A stretch of DNA of 64,000 bases from Psammoneis japonica (lineage: Eukaryota), in NCBI GenBank assembly GCA_008632985.1, contig QPGO01000150.1:62001-126000 (forward strand). Reading direction: 5' to 3'. The translations under genes and the position numbers were made by a program. Under the pieces are notes generated by a model. That model did not search any database. It saw only the letters and a program-made list of their open reading frames with translations, and had not been told where the DNA came from. Numbering within the stretch: the stretch's first letter is position 1; every line of letters begins with the position of its first letter. This document shows, piece by piece, positions 1-13,500 of the stretch.

Positions 1-774
1 GCATGTGATTGCTTTCGTTGCGCCGTTGTGGCTGGGTGTCAAACCGGATTCTCCCGTTTTCACTGCTTGTTGTGCAACACAGATGCTGTGAAGCGTCCTT
101 TCGTGGCTGGCGATCATGTCCTTCATTGCTTCAGAGAAGCTGCATGGCCATTCAGCAGCATTGCGGGGGATCGCAACAACCGACGCATGCAGAGCCCGGG
201 ACTCGATTTCGAGGAGGTTCATGTGGCAGAGTGCGGGACGAAACTCAATGGTTTGATGGACTTGCTTGTTGGCGGACTGGTTGTTGTCATTGACTGGATC
301 AATGACAATGTTGGCAAGCCAACATTTAACCACAAGGCGATCGAGGACATGTTTGAAACCATGGTCCAAACATGGGATCATGCAGGTGCTGATCATGGAG
401 AGCTCAGATGCATGAACTCCACACAGATGTTGATGCTGTGTGGCACAGGGATCCATCCTCACCCTGACCTTCGTAATCTTGTCTGTCCGGCTGCCAAGTT
501 GGGAGCGGCGAAGCAAATGGAGGAAATGAAGGTCCCCGATTTACTCTTGGAACGGATGGAGGGTGATTTTGATTTGGAAGACCATGGAAAGAATGGCCCA
601 GAGTCTTTGCCATGTGACCTGAGTGCAGCTCGTGAAAAGATGGGAATCTGCGATGTCTTTTGTCATGGACAGCATCTGTTGCTCTTGTTCTCTGATGGGC
701 AGTCAATGATCAAGCGGTTTGGAAGGTGTGAATGGGAGCCAGTCCCATTCGTGTCAATTGATGAAGTTTGAGTC

Positions 775-2637
775 AAACTGGAACGGCAAAGAGAGGTCAC
801 TTTTTCATGGCAATCACATTTGTTTTTTGTCTGATCATGCCAACATTGTCACATTGAATTCTCGTTCTAACAGGAAGAAGGCCGCCGGTGATTTGTTGTC
901 ATTCGCAATGAACAAAAGTGACGATTGCAAGGAGGAGTCAATTGACGAGAAAACAAGCGAACTTCCAACCACTTGCATGGGTGAAGAGGACAAAAGCAAA
1001 GAGCCCATTGACGATGAGCACAACCAAGTTGCACATTGCTCCGAGGGTGAAGAGGACCACAGCGACTTGGGAGATTGTTTCGCAGGTGACGAAACCAGCG
1101 GGGAAACACACAATGTGCTGTGGTTGGGGATGACCCATCCGCTCAATGCAAGGCATCTATCTTCTCAAGAATTGTGCTCTGAGAGGGGTGGCCTCAGTGT
1201 CGTCCGACCAACACAGGCGAGATGAGGCCCGCGCAATGGCATTTGAGGAAACTGACAAAACAACCACAAACGTCGTTCCAACAGTTTCTCTCCAAGATGG
1301 CCATCCTGATCTGCGTTTAAATTGCAGTGTGAGAGCAAGAGATTTTGTCAAGAGAGTCAAGCAGCAGTTTGAGAAACTTGTTGATTTCGACAATCATGGG
1401 TTCGACCAAATCATGTTGGACCACTGCTGGATGCCAGATGGAGAGTGGCGTGACAGTCGTTTTGGGACGACTCAATTTTTCCAGAGTCCAATTGATCTTT
1501 GGGCCTTGCTCTCCAAAAACGAAGAAGGGGGGGACATGGTGATTCCCTTTGCTCTTGCAACCTTCTTCCAGGTTGTCAAACACATGCCAACATTGTCACA
1601 TTGAATTCTCGTTCTAACAGGAAGAAGGCCGCCGGTGATTTGTTGTCATTCGCAATGAACAAAAGTGACGATTGCAAGGAGGAGTCAATTGACGAGAAAA
1701 CAAGCGAACTTCCAACCACTTGCATGGGTGAAGAGGACAAAAGCGAAGAGCCCATTGACGATGAGCACAACCAAGTTGCACATTGCTCTGAGGGTGAAGA
1801 GGACCACAGCGACTTGGGAGATTGTTTCGCAAGTGACGAAACCAACGGGGAAACACACAATGTGCTGTGGTTGGGGATGACCCGTCCGCTCAATGCAAGG
1901 CATCTATCTTCTCAAGAATTGTGCTCTGAGAAGGGGGTGGCCTCAGTGTCGTCCGACCAACACAGGCGAGACGAGGCCCGCGCAATGGCATTTGAGGAAA
2001 CTGACAAAACAACCACAAACGTCGTTCCAACAGTTTCTCTCCAAGATGGCCATCCTGATCTGCGTTCAAACTGCAATGTGAGAGCAAGAGATTTCATCAA
2101 GAGAGTCAAGCAGCAGTTTGAGAAACTTGTTGATTTTGACAATCATGGGTTCGACCAAATCATGTTGGACCACTGCTGGATGCCAGATGGAGAGTGGCGT
2201 GACAGTCGTTTTGGGATGACTCAATTTTTCCAGAATCCAATTGATCTTTGGGCCTTGCTCTCCAAAAACGAAGAAGGGGGGGGACATGGTGATTCCCTTT
2301 GCTCTTGCAACCTTCTTCCAGGTTGTCAAACAATGGAAGAAATTCTTGGCTGTGTTCGACATGTGCACAATGGACAGTGATGCTGCAAAGAGCTGTGCAA
2401 GTGTGTTCTTTGCAAGCAACCTTGTGACCCAAGAACATTGAGAATGGTGGTTGGGAAAGCCCTCCGATCAGGAAGAAGCTCACCTTGGAGTTTCTGAAGA
2501 AGACATCAGAATGAAAGCAACGGAAGGTGCTCGCACCGCACTGCTTCACGTGTGCCACAATGACTTTGCCAATTCTGAAAGGATCAAATTCATCATGTTT
2601 GCAAGAAAGAGTCAGGAAATCACTGTGAGTGAATGAC
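775..2637 (+). pseudogene. Decayed, internally duplicated ORF of unknown family with class I methyltransferase-like motifs
   Basis: Frameshifted segments read VLWLGMT, RDEARAMAFE, FDQIMLDHCWMP and LSKNEEGGDMVIPF. Family assignment is from motif resemblance only. Confidence 0.4.
836..2332 (+). repeat. Tandem duplication of about 747-750 bp (836-1582 and 1583-2332)
   Basis: Both units start CATGCCAACATTGTCACATTG and end GGTTGTCAAACA. They differ by about a dozen transitions and two small indels in purine runs. Confidence 0.95.
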
Positions 2638-3360
2638 AGATTGACACGCGCGTCCCATTTTAGAAACAAATCTGACCAACACTTCCTTCTGTCCTGTGTG
2701 GCCCAAACAAATGGGGCCTTTTCTTGCTCTTCTGCTGCTCCTGGACATTCTTCATAAACCAAGACATTGTCCCCAATTGCTTCCGATGGGGACAACCCGT
2801 GACTCAGGTGAGTGCTGAGTCTTCTCAGGCGTTGAAAGCCAGATGTTTTGTTTGTGATCAAGCTGCCATCGACCAACCAAGTCTGCATGCTGATGCCGTT
2901 GCCTCACAGTTCTCTGGTCAACATTGACAGGGCCTTCATCAAGACTCATGCTCGTTGTCCTTGTCTTGTGGATGAGAAGGGAAAAGAAGAACAACGCGCA
3001 AAAAATGGCGGGAAAATGGCAAACATTACATTGTCTTCCAGATTTGGATGATTCTCATGGGTGTGACGTGTCTGCATTTTGATTTTTTATCTGGCATTTA
3101 CAGTGAACATTGTTCTTTTTTATTTGCCATCAAAATGCAGGACATTGTCTCCATTGAAATGCAATGACAGACATGTCAAAAAGCAAGTTGGACTGTTCAT
3201 TGTCACACACAAATGTGTTTTCAAATTTCAATGTTGCTGACAACAATTTGTGCAATGCCACAGAGAAAAATGGAGTGGCTGGCTGTCTCAACACGACCCA
3301 GATGATGGTTGCACTGTCGAACAGCAACACTCCTCTCATTGTTGCCATGTGAAGATCAAG

Positions 3361-4695
3361 ATGTCGTCTCCAGCACCACTGGCAAAGAAGAGAAAGAAAA
3401 ATGAGACTGTCAAGCCAATGAGCTCGAGACTTCAGGCAGTGTTGAAGAGAACAGGTGCGCAGGCAGCGCATGGTGCATTGAAATCAGAAGCAGAGAAGGT
3501 GGCTAGAAATGATCTCTTTCCACAGGTGAAGTTTCTCAGTCTGTCAGAATTGGCAAGCAATGGGAGCGTCTCAATGTTTGTCAAGAAACAGATTGCTGGT
3601 GGCAAAATGGACACTTCAAATTGGTCAGGAACTTGGGAGGAATGGGCAAAAAAGGTGGCAAAAAGGCAAATTGACAATCGCAGAAACACGGTGTGTTCGG
3701 CCATTGGGGCGGAGGCAATGGCCCGCAAGTCAAGTGACCAATGTGTGTGATTTGAGAGTTGCGCGCATCTCACAAGAAGATGACGGTGATGCTTTGTCTG
3801 CACAGGCATTGTCACCAAGGAAGAGGGAAAGGAAAAAGAAAAGAAACTCAAGGCGGCAGTCAGGAGGAAAAAGCAAAGCAGGAAAAAGTCAAGCCGTGAC
3901 AAGAATGAAGAGAATGATGTCCTGTTTGTGCAGACATGGGATCTGTTTGGCCCAGACACCATCGCCGGCAGCAAACGAAGGAACAAGCAGGCACACAAGT
4001 GGTTCTGTGATCACATCCTGCCTCAAACCAAGCAAAAGCAGGCATGGAGCAGCGCCGTCAAAACTGGGAATGCACAGGTCTCACAGTTGTTTGCGGCAGG
4101 TGACGAAGCTTTGGCGTTGTTGGCTGTGGAGAATCATTGGCAGGTGTGGGCATGCAGGAACAAGGAGGAGGCGGTGGAAGAATTGGGTGAGGAAATGGAG
4201 CCCGAAGAAACAAGGCCTGCCCCTCAGCACATGAAGCCAAAGAAACAACAAGTGTCTTGGGGAGACGATGGAATCATTCAGTTCAACGATTCATGCAAAG
4301 AGGTGACAAAAGACAGAGACTTCAAGGAGGGCAAGGAGTTTGAAAAGTGGCACGTGGAGATCAAGAAAAGCGAGCACAAGAAGTCCGGAGAAGCAAAAAA
4401 GAAGAAGAAGACAGCACCGGCCGGTGATGCGGAGAAGGTGAAGGCAATGAACAGCCCAATGGTGGAGAGCAGCAGGGATGACAATGGCAACGACGATGAG
4501 CAGGAGGAAGGTGCAAAAGGCAAAACAAACGACAGAGGAGACGAGCCCGATGGAGACGTGTCCGATGGAGACGAGTCCAATGGAGATGAGTCCGATGATG
4601 ATCGTCAGCTTAGTTCAAGATGGTTGCAGCAAGAAAATGTGTGCACAGTTGACACAGCACTCGGTCATTGCACTGCAGACGCAACAAGGGATTGA
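3361..4695 (+). pseudogene. Decayed, probably transposon-associated protein
   Basis: Two consecutive ORFs (RNDLFPQVKFLS; DEALALLAVENHW; WGDDGIIQFNDSCKEVTKDR) with an acidic tail and no Tyr. No catalytic transposase motif seen. Confidence 0.45.
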
Positions 4696-5375
4696 CTTGA
4701 CCGATGAAATGTTTTTCTTGTTTAAAATGATGTTTCTGAAAATCAACAAACCAAGGTTTGTGTGGCAATGCAATCACGCATTGGCACATGGCAGCAAGGT
4801 GGAGGCAGAAATGGTGATGTGGACACAGTGAAAAATGGCACACATGATTCTTAACAAGTCATTGCAACACTGGCGCGCCAAACTTGCAACCAGAGGTTGG
4901 CCTGTCATCATGTGACAACAATGTTTTGCAACATTTTGACAAACCATCATCATGCAAATCTGCACATTTTTAACATTTCGTGCACTCTGATGCATCCATG
5001 GGAGGCTGCAAGTCAAGGAATTGAGTCAACAATGCTGAAAGTTGGCATTGCATCTCATGGGCAGCAAAGAAGTCTTGTTCTTTTCCCAGAACAACCATTG
5101 CAGTGCCACTCCATGGAAGGAACAGAAACAAAAACACACTTCCTCTGACACAGTGACCAACAAATCAACATCTTTCAATCCAATCATGTCAACACGTTCA
5201 GTGGTTGGAGAGTCAATGGACATTGTCCTCAACAAGGGCAACCCGAACATGACTGGGAGAAGAGATCATCCAGCTTGAAGCGACAACCAAGACTGTCATT
5301 TTTTTCACATGTCAACATTGTCATTGAGGTGCATTTCTCATATCTCAAGCACCTCAAGGATGGAGAGTGGCACAA

Positions 5376-5877
5376 TCAACCACCACTGTTCTTGTGGGGC
5401 ACTTCTGATTTGGGAACCACCATTTCGTTGCTCACGACTTCTTCCAGAAAGCCTTGTGCTGGGCAACAATTTGCTCTTCCACTTGAGAGAATGGACCATG
5501 GACCTGTGCACTGAGCAGGGTTCTCTGCATCGTCGCCGGTCAATTCTCCCAATCGCTTTTCTGACATGCCGCAGACGACATTTCCAACACCCGCCCAATG
5601 TGCAGTTCCCACACACATGCAGCAAGGCTCCACTGAAGCATGCAATGTCGATTTACGACGCATTTCAGCCAAAAAACATCTTGCAGCATCTCGAGCCAGG
5701 TTGGATTTGGCGTGGCCTGGACCTTTGTCAACACACTGTGCCAAATGGATGATTTCCCTCAGCGACTGCTTCGTCTGCGAGTTCCATGGTTCGTTCCAGA
5801 TGGACGAGGTCGTTTTTGATTGACACATCTGAAGCATTCATTCCATCTCATCTCAGTGCCATCACATTATCTGCCAT
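5376..5877 (-). pseudogene. Zn-dependent nucleoside deaminase (TadA/guanine-deaminase-like, CDA fold) pseudogene
   Basis: Minus strand reads DLVHLERTMELADEAVAEGNHPFGTV, then after a deletion/frameshift GHAKSNLAR...STLHASVEPCCMC.GTAHWAGVGNVVCGMSEKRLGELTGDDAENP. This matches the HxE and PCxxC motifs with E changed to K. Confidence 0.85.
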
Positions 5878-6436
5878 TGTGCTCCGCGTTTTCGATTTCT
5901 TTTCTCGACAACGACATACGAGTTCTGCACCTCGTACGACGTACGACGGTTCCATCAGTGACGGGTGCGACCAAGGTGCGACGACATTTCGAACTTGACG
6001 GCGAAGCAAGGTGGAGACTAGTGGCCTAACTCCTAACTGACTTATTGCTTCGTTGTTATGACTGTGGGCAACTGTGGGATATAGTGGGATAAGAATGCTG
6101 AGCCAACTCATCAAACTGAGCAGTGTGACACCCGAGGATCAAAAGTCACTGTCATATTGCATCGTGCAAATGCCTGAGGGAAGTCAAAGGATACCGCAAC
6201 AGGTGTTCACAATGGCGTGACATCGCGAAGTAGGTTATCGAGTTTCGAGAGAGGCTCTAGCTCGTAATGCAGGTAAGTCATGCTATATCTGCGTAGCTCT
6301 TCTTCCGTTATCAGTCTCGTTTCATGCAATATCTTTAGAGATCTACCGGTACGACTAGCTTTCTAGTTTCAAATTTCTTTAAAGAAATATGCCCATCCAA
6401 CGACTGCGAATCAATTCCAAGAGTATTTACGCATTA

Positions 6437-9400
6437 TCATAGTTCGATGAGTTTTGTACGGATCCGTTTAATGCCTCGTTCCTTGGCATCCAAGACTAAA
6501 GTGATGGAACCCGACATTTCCGAAACATGCATGTATTCCCCAGGTTGTTGGTCTGTCGTTGTGCTGTTGGGTTCTGGAAGAGGGATGTCGACCGTCGTGT
6601 TTTGTGATACAAACAAGGTCTCTTTCCCGCCAGTTCGGTAAAATATCATAACTTTCAGGAAGGAAGTTTCACCTCTCTTGGAAGCGGCCTTGGGACTAGA
6701 AAAATCGCCTTCTACGTTCTTCTTTAGAAACATCCCCGGAATCAATGGAGTCTGTTCTGTTCTGAAGAGCATGTTACCTGAACGCTTTCTCTTTGGTGTG
6801 ATGGTGACCTGCACCGGACTTGACAAGTAACGATACTTTGTTGTAGGTTTATCGTTGTTTGCATATCCAGGAATGGCAAGAACATCCTCGCTCTCATAGT
6901 TTGAGCTACCATAGTTTTGGTAATCGTTTCCCTTGCAATAGTTCAAGAGATATCCTGGAGACAAATCAAAAGCCCGACAGTAGCTCGGGAGTTGTTTCGT
7001 CAAAGCCAAATATGTACAACACGTAAACCGCTCGTTTGCAACACCAACGGGGCTAGACAAGTCCTCCACTAGAAAATGCGAATGCAAAAGTAATCGTGAG
7101 AAATGCAACTGTGAAACAGATCCACACGCGGCTTGAGAAGTGTGCCGAAGAATTCACGTTCTTCCCGCGTTCTCATTAGTACAACTCACTAAAGGTCTTT
7201 TCAGAAACGTAATACTTTTTGCCGGCGCAGCCCTTTAGGCACTTTGCTTTTTTGTAGCCTGATGGAACGCTCGGGGGATGCGTGAGGTCTGACCACCTAT
7301 CACACCGTTGGCTCGAATCACAATTCGCAAGTGCGTCGGTAGAATCTCCATACGAGTATTCGTCACCGAGTTCAAACAAACTGTGCCCTGTTACGTTTTA
7401 GCAAAGCGATGGTCAGATGGCGATAAATGCATCAGTTTGCAACGACGTATTACAAAACACAATTTGCGTTCTTACCAAGCTCGTGCACTGCTACTAATGG
7501 CGATGCTGAATGTGTGGAGAGAGTAGCAACGTTTTCTTCAACGTAACCGGCGCCCCCAAACTTCTCGGAGTTGTGAATTATTACAGTTTGGAGATTGGAA
7601 CCAACAGGAAAGCAATTGTTTGCAAGTGATTGGGCGCGCCTGACATCGCAACACAACAATCTTGAATGCAGAAAAAAAGAAGCATGAGTAAGGATGTTAA
7701 TTTGTACGACCTTGGATTAGACTCAATCACTACTTACCGATCTATCCCCTGACAACCGAAATCGCAAAAGGAAGAGTCCAGGCTCTCAGGGTCAACCATG
7801 AAGACATTTAGCTCCTTGATCTCTTCTGCAAACATGTTGTAGTTTTGCATGAATCGATATGTCATGCTGACCTGATCCCGCCACGCGTCGTGACCCACTG
7901 AATCAAACGCGGATGCTACAAACACAATGTTAATTCTGTGCTTGTGAAAAGGGGTACCAAACTCGTGCTTGATTGGATAGCAAGCATCAGATGCCATACA
8001 AGCCCCGTTACGACAACTGTTTGACTGGCATTCGTTGTCTGAATCGCACAACTTCCCCACACCTCGAGAGACTTCAAAGTCTTTCTCCTGATCCGGTACA
8101 GACGATGCTCTGGGTTCCTTGAAAGTGGATAGAGTTGGCTTCGACGCCGGAGAGTTTGATGGCGCGGTCGTTGGTTTATTTGTCGGCGAGGGAGTCGGTG
8201 ACGGTGTCGGGCTTGAAGTTGGACTCGGTGTCGGATTCGATGTAGGAGAAGGAGTTGGATTGGGAGTAGGATCAGCTGTCGGTGCAGGTGTTGGCGACTG
8301 AGTAGGACTTTGAGTTGGCTTTCTCGTTGGAGCTTGAGTTGGCAACGGAGTTGGATTTGGAGTTGGAGATGATGTAGGTGTCCGCGTGGGAGAAGCCGTT
8401 GGCAGCACCGTCGGAACTGATCCGACCATTTTGCCTCCGTCACAGGCGCAGCAAGCTTCATTCGCTGTTGCGCCAAGATTGCTGAAAAAATCCCCGTATT
8501 GCTCGCAGTTGTTGTCCCTAGCATACCAGACGCAGTCGTATTGCTCACCATACGAGTCATGCCAGCCTTCTGGATCATTGATACAGCCCACGCTTTGGTC
8601 AACTGAAGGTGCGTTTGTTGGCTCATTTGTTGTAGGATTTTGAGTTGGAGCCCGCGTTGACGGCTGAGTAGGATTCGGAGTGGGTTCCAAAGTTGGAGCT
8701 CGCGTTGGAGCCTGTGTTGATAACGCAGCACCAAGTAGTCCAGGTGATGGCTTCCACATAAAAAGTAAAGGCGTGCCTTCGCTCTGTCCGGTTTCGTCGA
8801 CCATCTTGTATACTCGCCCCCAAGAATTCCCATCCCACATGCAAAACTTAGCGGCTGCTTCACTATCTTGGACAGCCAATGCAATCATGTTGCTATCATG
8901 AGACGATGAAAGCAAAATTGAATTAGGTCTCACCTGTATATCTGGGCCGGTAAGCTGATTCGACCATTTGTTTGTCCAGATTCTGTATCGCACCTGATTA
9001 CTCGCTTGTCCGTACGCGGCGATGGCCCTACCGGAATTGCTCTCAAAGGCAACAGCAAGGCCCGGAAAGCTAAGTGCATTTGAGGAAGGAGCAGCTATTT
9101 GCTTGGATCCCCAGTTCGCACTTCCGTTCCAGATTGCTAGCCAATAGGCATTGGACAGGGAGGCAGTTACCCCCAATACAATCTGATTACTTGATGGGTC
9201 TGAATCGATCGCAATTCTCGACACATCATGATTGATGCCCACTGCTGGTTCAACAGGCCCAGCTTCATCCCAACGATTTCCTTCCCACATTCTGTACCAT
9301 GCTGTAGGCGACGATTTGCCGTATACAACTATTGCACGACCACTTTGTTGTTCGTATGCAACATTGGCAGGGCCGATGCCATTATTCAAGTTCACAATGT

Positions 9401-9998
9401 TGTCCCATTTTTCACCATCCCACACCAGACAGAAATCTGAATCTTGAAGAACGTCAACGCACAATACCATCTCATTACTTCTTGGATTCGATCTCAAATG
9501 AAATTCGTTGTGCTCGTCAGTGTTTGCCAACATGTTGGTTCTGATCTCTCGACCCCAAGACTTCCCGTTCCATACTCGCGTGATGATCACCGCGTTTTTC
9601 ATCTCTTTCCAAACAAGTACCGCGTTACCAGTTCTAGACTCATAGGCAACATCAAAACCTGCGACTTTGGCAGTGCTACTTCTGGAAGTCATGGGTGAGA
9701 ATGGGAGTTCGTTCCATCGTCCATCTAAATACATTTGGGCGTTGATAATTTCCTTCTTGTCGACCCCAATGACAATAGCTTCATCTCGTGTCGCTGAATA
9801 CGCACCCCGAATAAATTTCCATCCATCTTTTTTATGGGAGGTGCTCGAGCTTTGTAGGTCTCCAGGGTTGGAAAATCCTGCTCCATTCCAAAGTGCGAAA
9901 CTTGGTGCGGTCGATTTTTTCTTCGCCCAGATGGCCATGTCGTCACTAGCTGTCGCTGCAGCTACGAACAAGCACAATGATATGAAACCAATAATCAT
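6437..9998 (-). CDS. Secreted M64-like zinc metallopeptidase with Trp-rich repeat domain, Cys module and Pro/Thr stalk (4 exons)
   Basis: Signal peptide MIIGFISLCLFVAAATA. GT-AG introns at about 7737-7661, 7476-7388 and 7190-7069 restore GIDR/LLCCD, VHELG/HSLFELGDEY and KTF/MEDL. Confidence 0.85.
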
Positions 9999-10518
9999 TT
10001 TGGCTCAACTGGTCTTTGTAACTTTCAGAGTGTTGTCACACCGGAACGCGTTCACTCATTGGCGATTTGTGGAATCTGCCTTGATTTTGCCGGTTTGACA
10101 ACTAAAAGGACAACACATAAGCCCTAATGACTGGCTTTTTTATGACTGGTCACTGCCACAACGATAACATTCTGCCATACAAAACCGCACCAGTCGCGCA
10201 TTGACGCGTCACTCACCGAAATGACCCTTTGCAGTATGCCATTTCATTCGGGCAGTTGTATTTATTGTAATGGATTTTTTGAAATATCCACGACATTTGT
10301 TTTTAAAATAAAATGGGCTTAAAAATGTTTCATACCGACAGAATGACTTCGAGTCGATAGTGGAGTGTCGGTCTGAATAAGGTCCAGTCCTTCACAAACT
10401 CATCTATCTTGGGTTGGGTCGAAACATGAAAGGGAAGAAGAGAAGAAGAACGAACGAAGAAAATAACCATGTACGACGTCATTATTTATGGCATAAAATG
10501 CACAGCATATCCAAACTA

Positions 10519-13500
10519 ATGCCAAACGTACCATGCTCCAGCGGCGCTCTATCATTTGGCAGTCTCGCGGTGTTCATTTCGCTTCTCGTCACCGCAGCCG
10601 GGCAACAAAACGAGGGAATAGCAATTTGGGCAAACAGTGGATCGACAAACCCTGGCTATGCTCTCTGGGACAGGGATGAGTTCTTTAAATCTGGTGGTAT
10701 GAGACCAACAAGAAGCAGATGGGTTAATACCCGGGGTGCATACTCACCATCTCGGGACGAAGCGATTGTAGTTGGCGTCACGTTCGAAGAAAAGGTAACA
10801 GCCCAAATGTATACTGGTGGCAAATGGATTGATCTGCCTTTCTCGCCCCTTGACAATAGTGCGGACAACAATTGGAGGCATGGGTTTGACGTTGCGTACG
10901 AGTCACAAAGTGGAAACGCATTGCTAGTGTGGAATAAAGGTGTACAAGACGCGATTTACTACCGCACATGGAATGGCACTGAATGGAGCAAAGAATTCCG
11001 CTTCGACTCTTTGATTAAAAGCGGTACAAACAATCGATTGTTTTTGGCGTCCAATCCCATTTCAAACGAAATGGTCCTGGCGGTATCAGTATTTAAACGC
11101 TCTGATTATTGCGCAGTATGGAACGGAAGAGACTTTGACGGAGGCTTCGACTTGAGAAACGAAAAGAATGGCTACGAAAAAGCAATCGACGTAGCTTACG
11201 AGCAGGAAAGTGGGAGAGCGGTTGTTGTTTATGGGAAATTGAAGTCCTCCAGTGTAGGGTACCGCATTTTTGCTGGCTCTGAATGGAGTCGTGAGTATTC
11301 TGTTTTGCCGCCAAGAGAAATCTCGGGCAATGTGAAGCAACTTGCTTTAGGTGCCGATGCCTCGACCAATCGAATTGCCTTGGCTGTCACAACGTTCCCG
11401 GATAATGCTTACTGGCTGGCCATCTGGGACGGAAACCTATGGGGATCAACCACGACGGCTATTTCAAACATGGAAAGGCAACCTCACCATGCGATTGCCG
11501 TCGCATTCGAAAGTTCTTCAGGACGAGCTCTTGCAACATACACTACAGAATCCACGTCTCAAATAAAGTATAGAGTCTGCGAAACTGGTGGCGGCTGGTC
11601 AAGAGAGTATAGTGGCCCTAACCTCGGCGATGAACCCAACACGGTAAGGCTCTCTTCTTCTCGGAATGGGAATGGCATCATGCTCTCTGTCCAGGACAAT
11701 GGGCAAGATGCCAATTTTTGCTTTTGGAATGGCAAAAGCTTTGAGAAAGTCAATAGAATGACTGACAATACTGGCGATGGTACCAAGCGCGCTTTAAATC
11801 ATTTGTTCTTGTGGAAGAACCGACGCGCGACAGCTAGTCCAACTGCTCCACCGACAATAAGGCCAACCGAGAAACCAACGGGCTGTGTCGACGTTCCACA
11901 AGGGTGGCATGACCCTGATGGCGAGATCTATAATTGTGCTTGGTATAGTTTGGGTGACAACTGCAAAGAATACGGAGATTTCTTTGAAAATTTTGGAGCC
12001 ACGGCGAATACTGCCTGTTGTGGATGCGGTGGCGGAAACCTTGTGGCAGTCGATGAGATTACACAAACGCCACCCCCAATTCCGGTGACGGTGGTTCCAA
12101 CAGTCCCCCCATCTCCCGTGCCGACTCCACGTCCTTCGCCACCACCGACAAGTAGCCCTACCCCCTCTCGCACTACAGCTACACCGACAGCCAATCCGAC
12201 TGACCGTCCTACCATGGAACCATCCGTCAAGCCGACGAAAGGACCAACACGGATTCCAACAAAGGCACCTTCAGCGAATCCGACTAGATTCCCAACCCTG
12301 GAGCCATCAGCCAGGCCGACGCAAGGTCCAACACGAGTTCCTACACTGCCTCCCACGAGAAGTCCAACTGTTTCGCCGACATCCGTACCAACGCTTCCTT
12401 TGACAATGCATCCAACCTCGACCCCTACGAAGGGTCCGACTTTGACACCATCAAATCCTCCTACTGCTCAAACACAGGACCCGACGGTGCGACCAACGTT
12501 AGCCCCAACTACTTCGCCAACCGCACCGCAGACAACCAATCCTACAATGTATCCCACACAGTCCCCTTCAACATCAGTGACACCATCCCCGACTCAGAGA
12601 CTGACGCCAGTTCCGAGTCAGAGACCATCACCCTTCCATCAAACAACGAAACAGCTCAACGACTTTCCCCCATTGGTACGGCGCATCCCACTCTTGCGCC
12701 AACCAATGTATCCAAGTTCAAGCTGCCACCAGACGCTGGCGACACCGACAACAAAGTACAAGTAGACGCAGAGCCAGGGTCCTTGGGCGCTGGTAAGCAG
12801 TGCTCAAACAACAGGCAGTGCAAGTCCTCTACTTGTCGGAGTGGCGTTTGTATGGCATCGCCGGATTGCTACCCAATCAAACACACGTTTGGGACTCCAT
12901 TTTACAAACACAAAGTCAACATTGTATTCGTTGCCTCTGCCTTTGACTCGGTTGGTCACGATGCTTGGGAAGATCAGGTCAACAGAACTTATCGATTCAT
13001 GCAAAACTACAATATGTTTGCTGAAGAGATCAACGAGCTCAATGTGTTTATGGTGGATCCATTGAATCTCGATGAATCGTTTTGTAATTTGGGCTGTCAG
13101 CGAATCGATCGACTCTTGTGCTGCGACGTAAACCGAGCCCACGAGTTGGGCAGCAAGTGCTTCCCAGTCGGATCCAACCTGCAAACTGTCGTCATTCATA
13201 ACTCCAGGCAGTATGGAGGCGCGGGTTACACTAATGCAAATATTGCTACTGTAACAATGCATCCTGCCGCCCCTCTCGTGTTGGTACATGAGCTTGGTCA
13301 CTCGCTCTTTGAATTGACCGACGAGTACTCTTCAGGAGACGGAAACGCACTTGAAGCAAATTGTGACTCAAGCTTATCATGCCAGAAATGGTCCGATCTG
13401 ATGGGACGAAAGAATCGACCACGAGGCTATGACAGAGTACAATGCATCCCTGGATGTATGAGTAGTAACTACTTTGTCTCGGGCAAAACCTTCATGGACG

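Larger units (their letters stand above)
1..5900. other. TpA-depleted, CA/TG-rich island 1 (decayed repeat and pseudogene DNA)
   Basis: Only about two dozen TA dinucleotides found by eye in about 5.8 kb. ORFs lack Tyr and are rich in His/Cys. Normal TA frequency resumes at about 5900-6050. Confidence 0.9.

Noticed and set aside
836..2332. Assembly artefact duplication
   Set aside because: The copies differ by multiple transitions, many at CG/TA/CA/TG steps, which fits a real duplication. Haplotype stacking is not fully excluded.
1..5900. Alternative genetic code or foreign contaminant DNA
   Set aside because: Non-coding LTRs and copies of adjacent host genes carry the same signature, so it is mutational and local.
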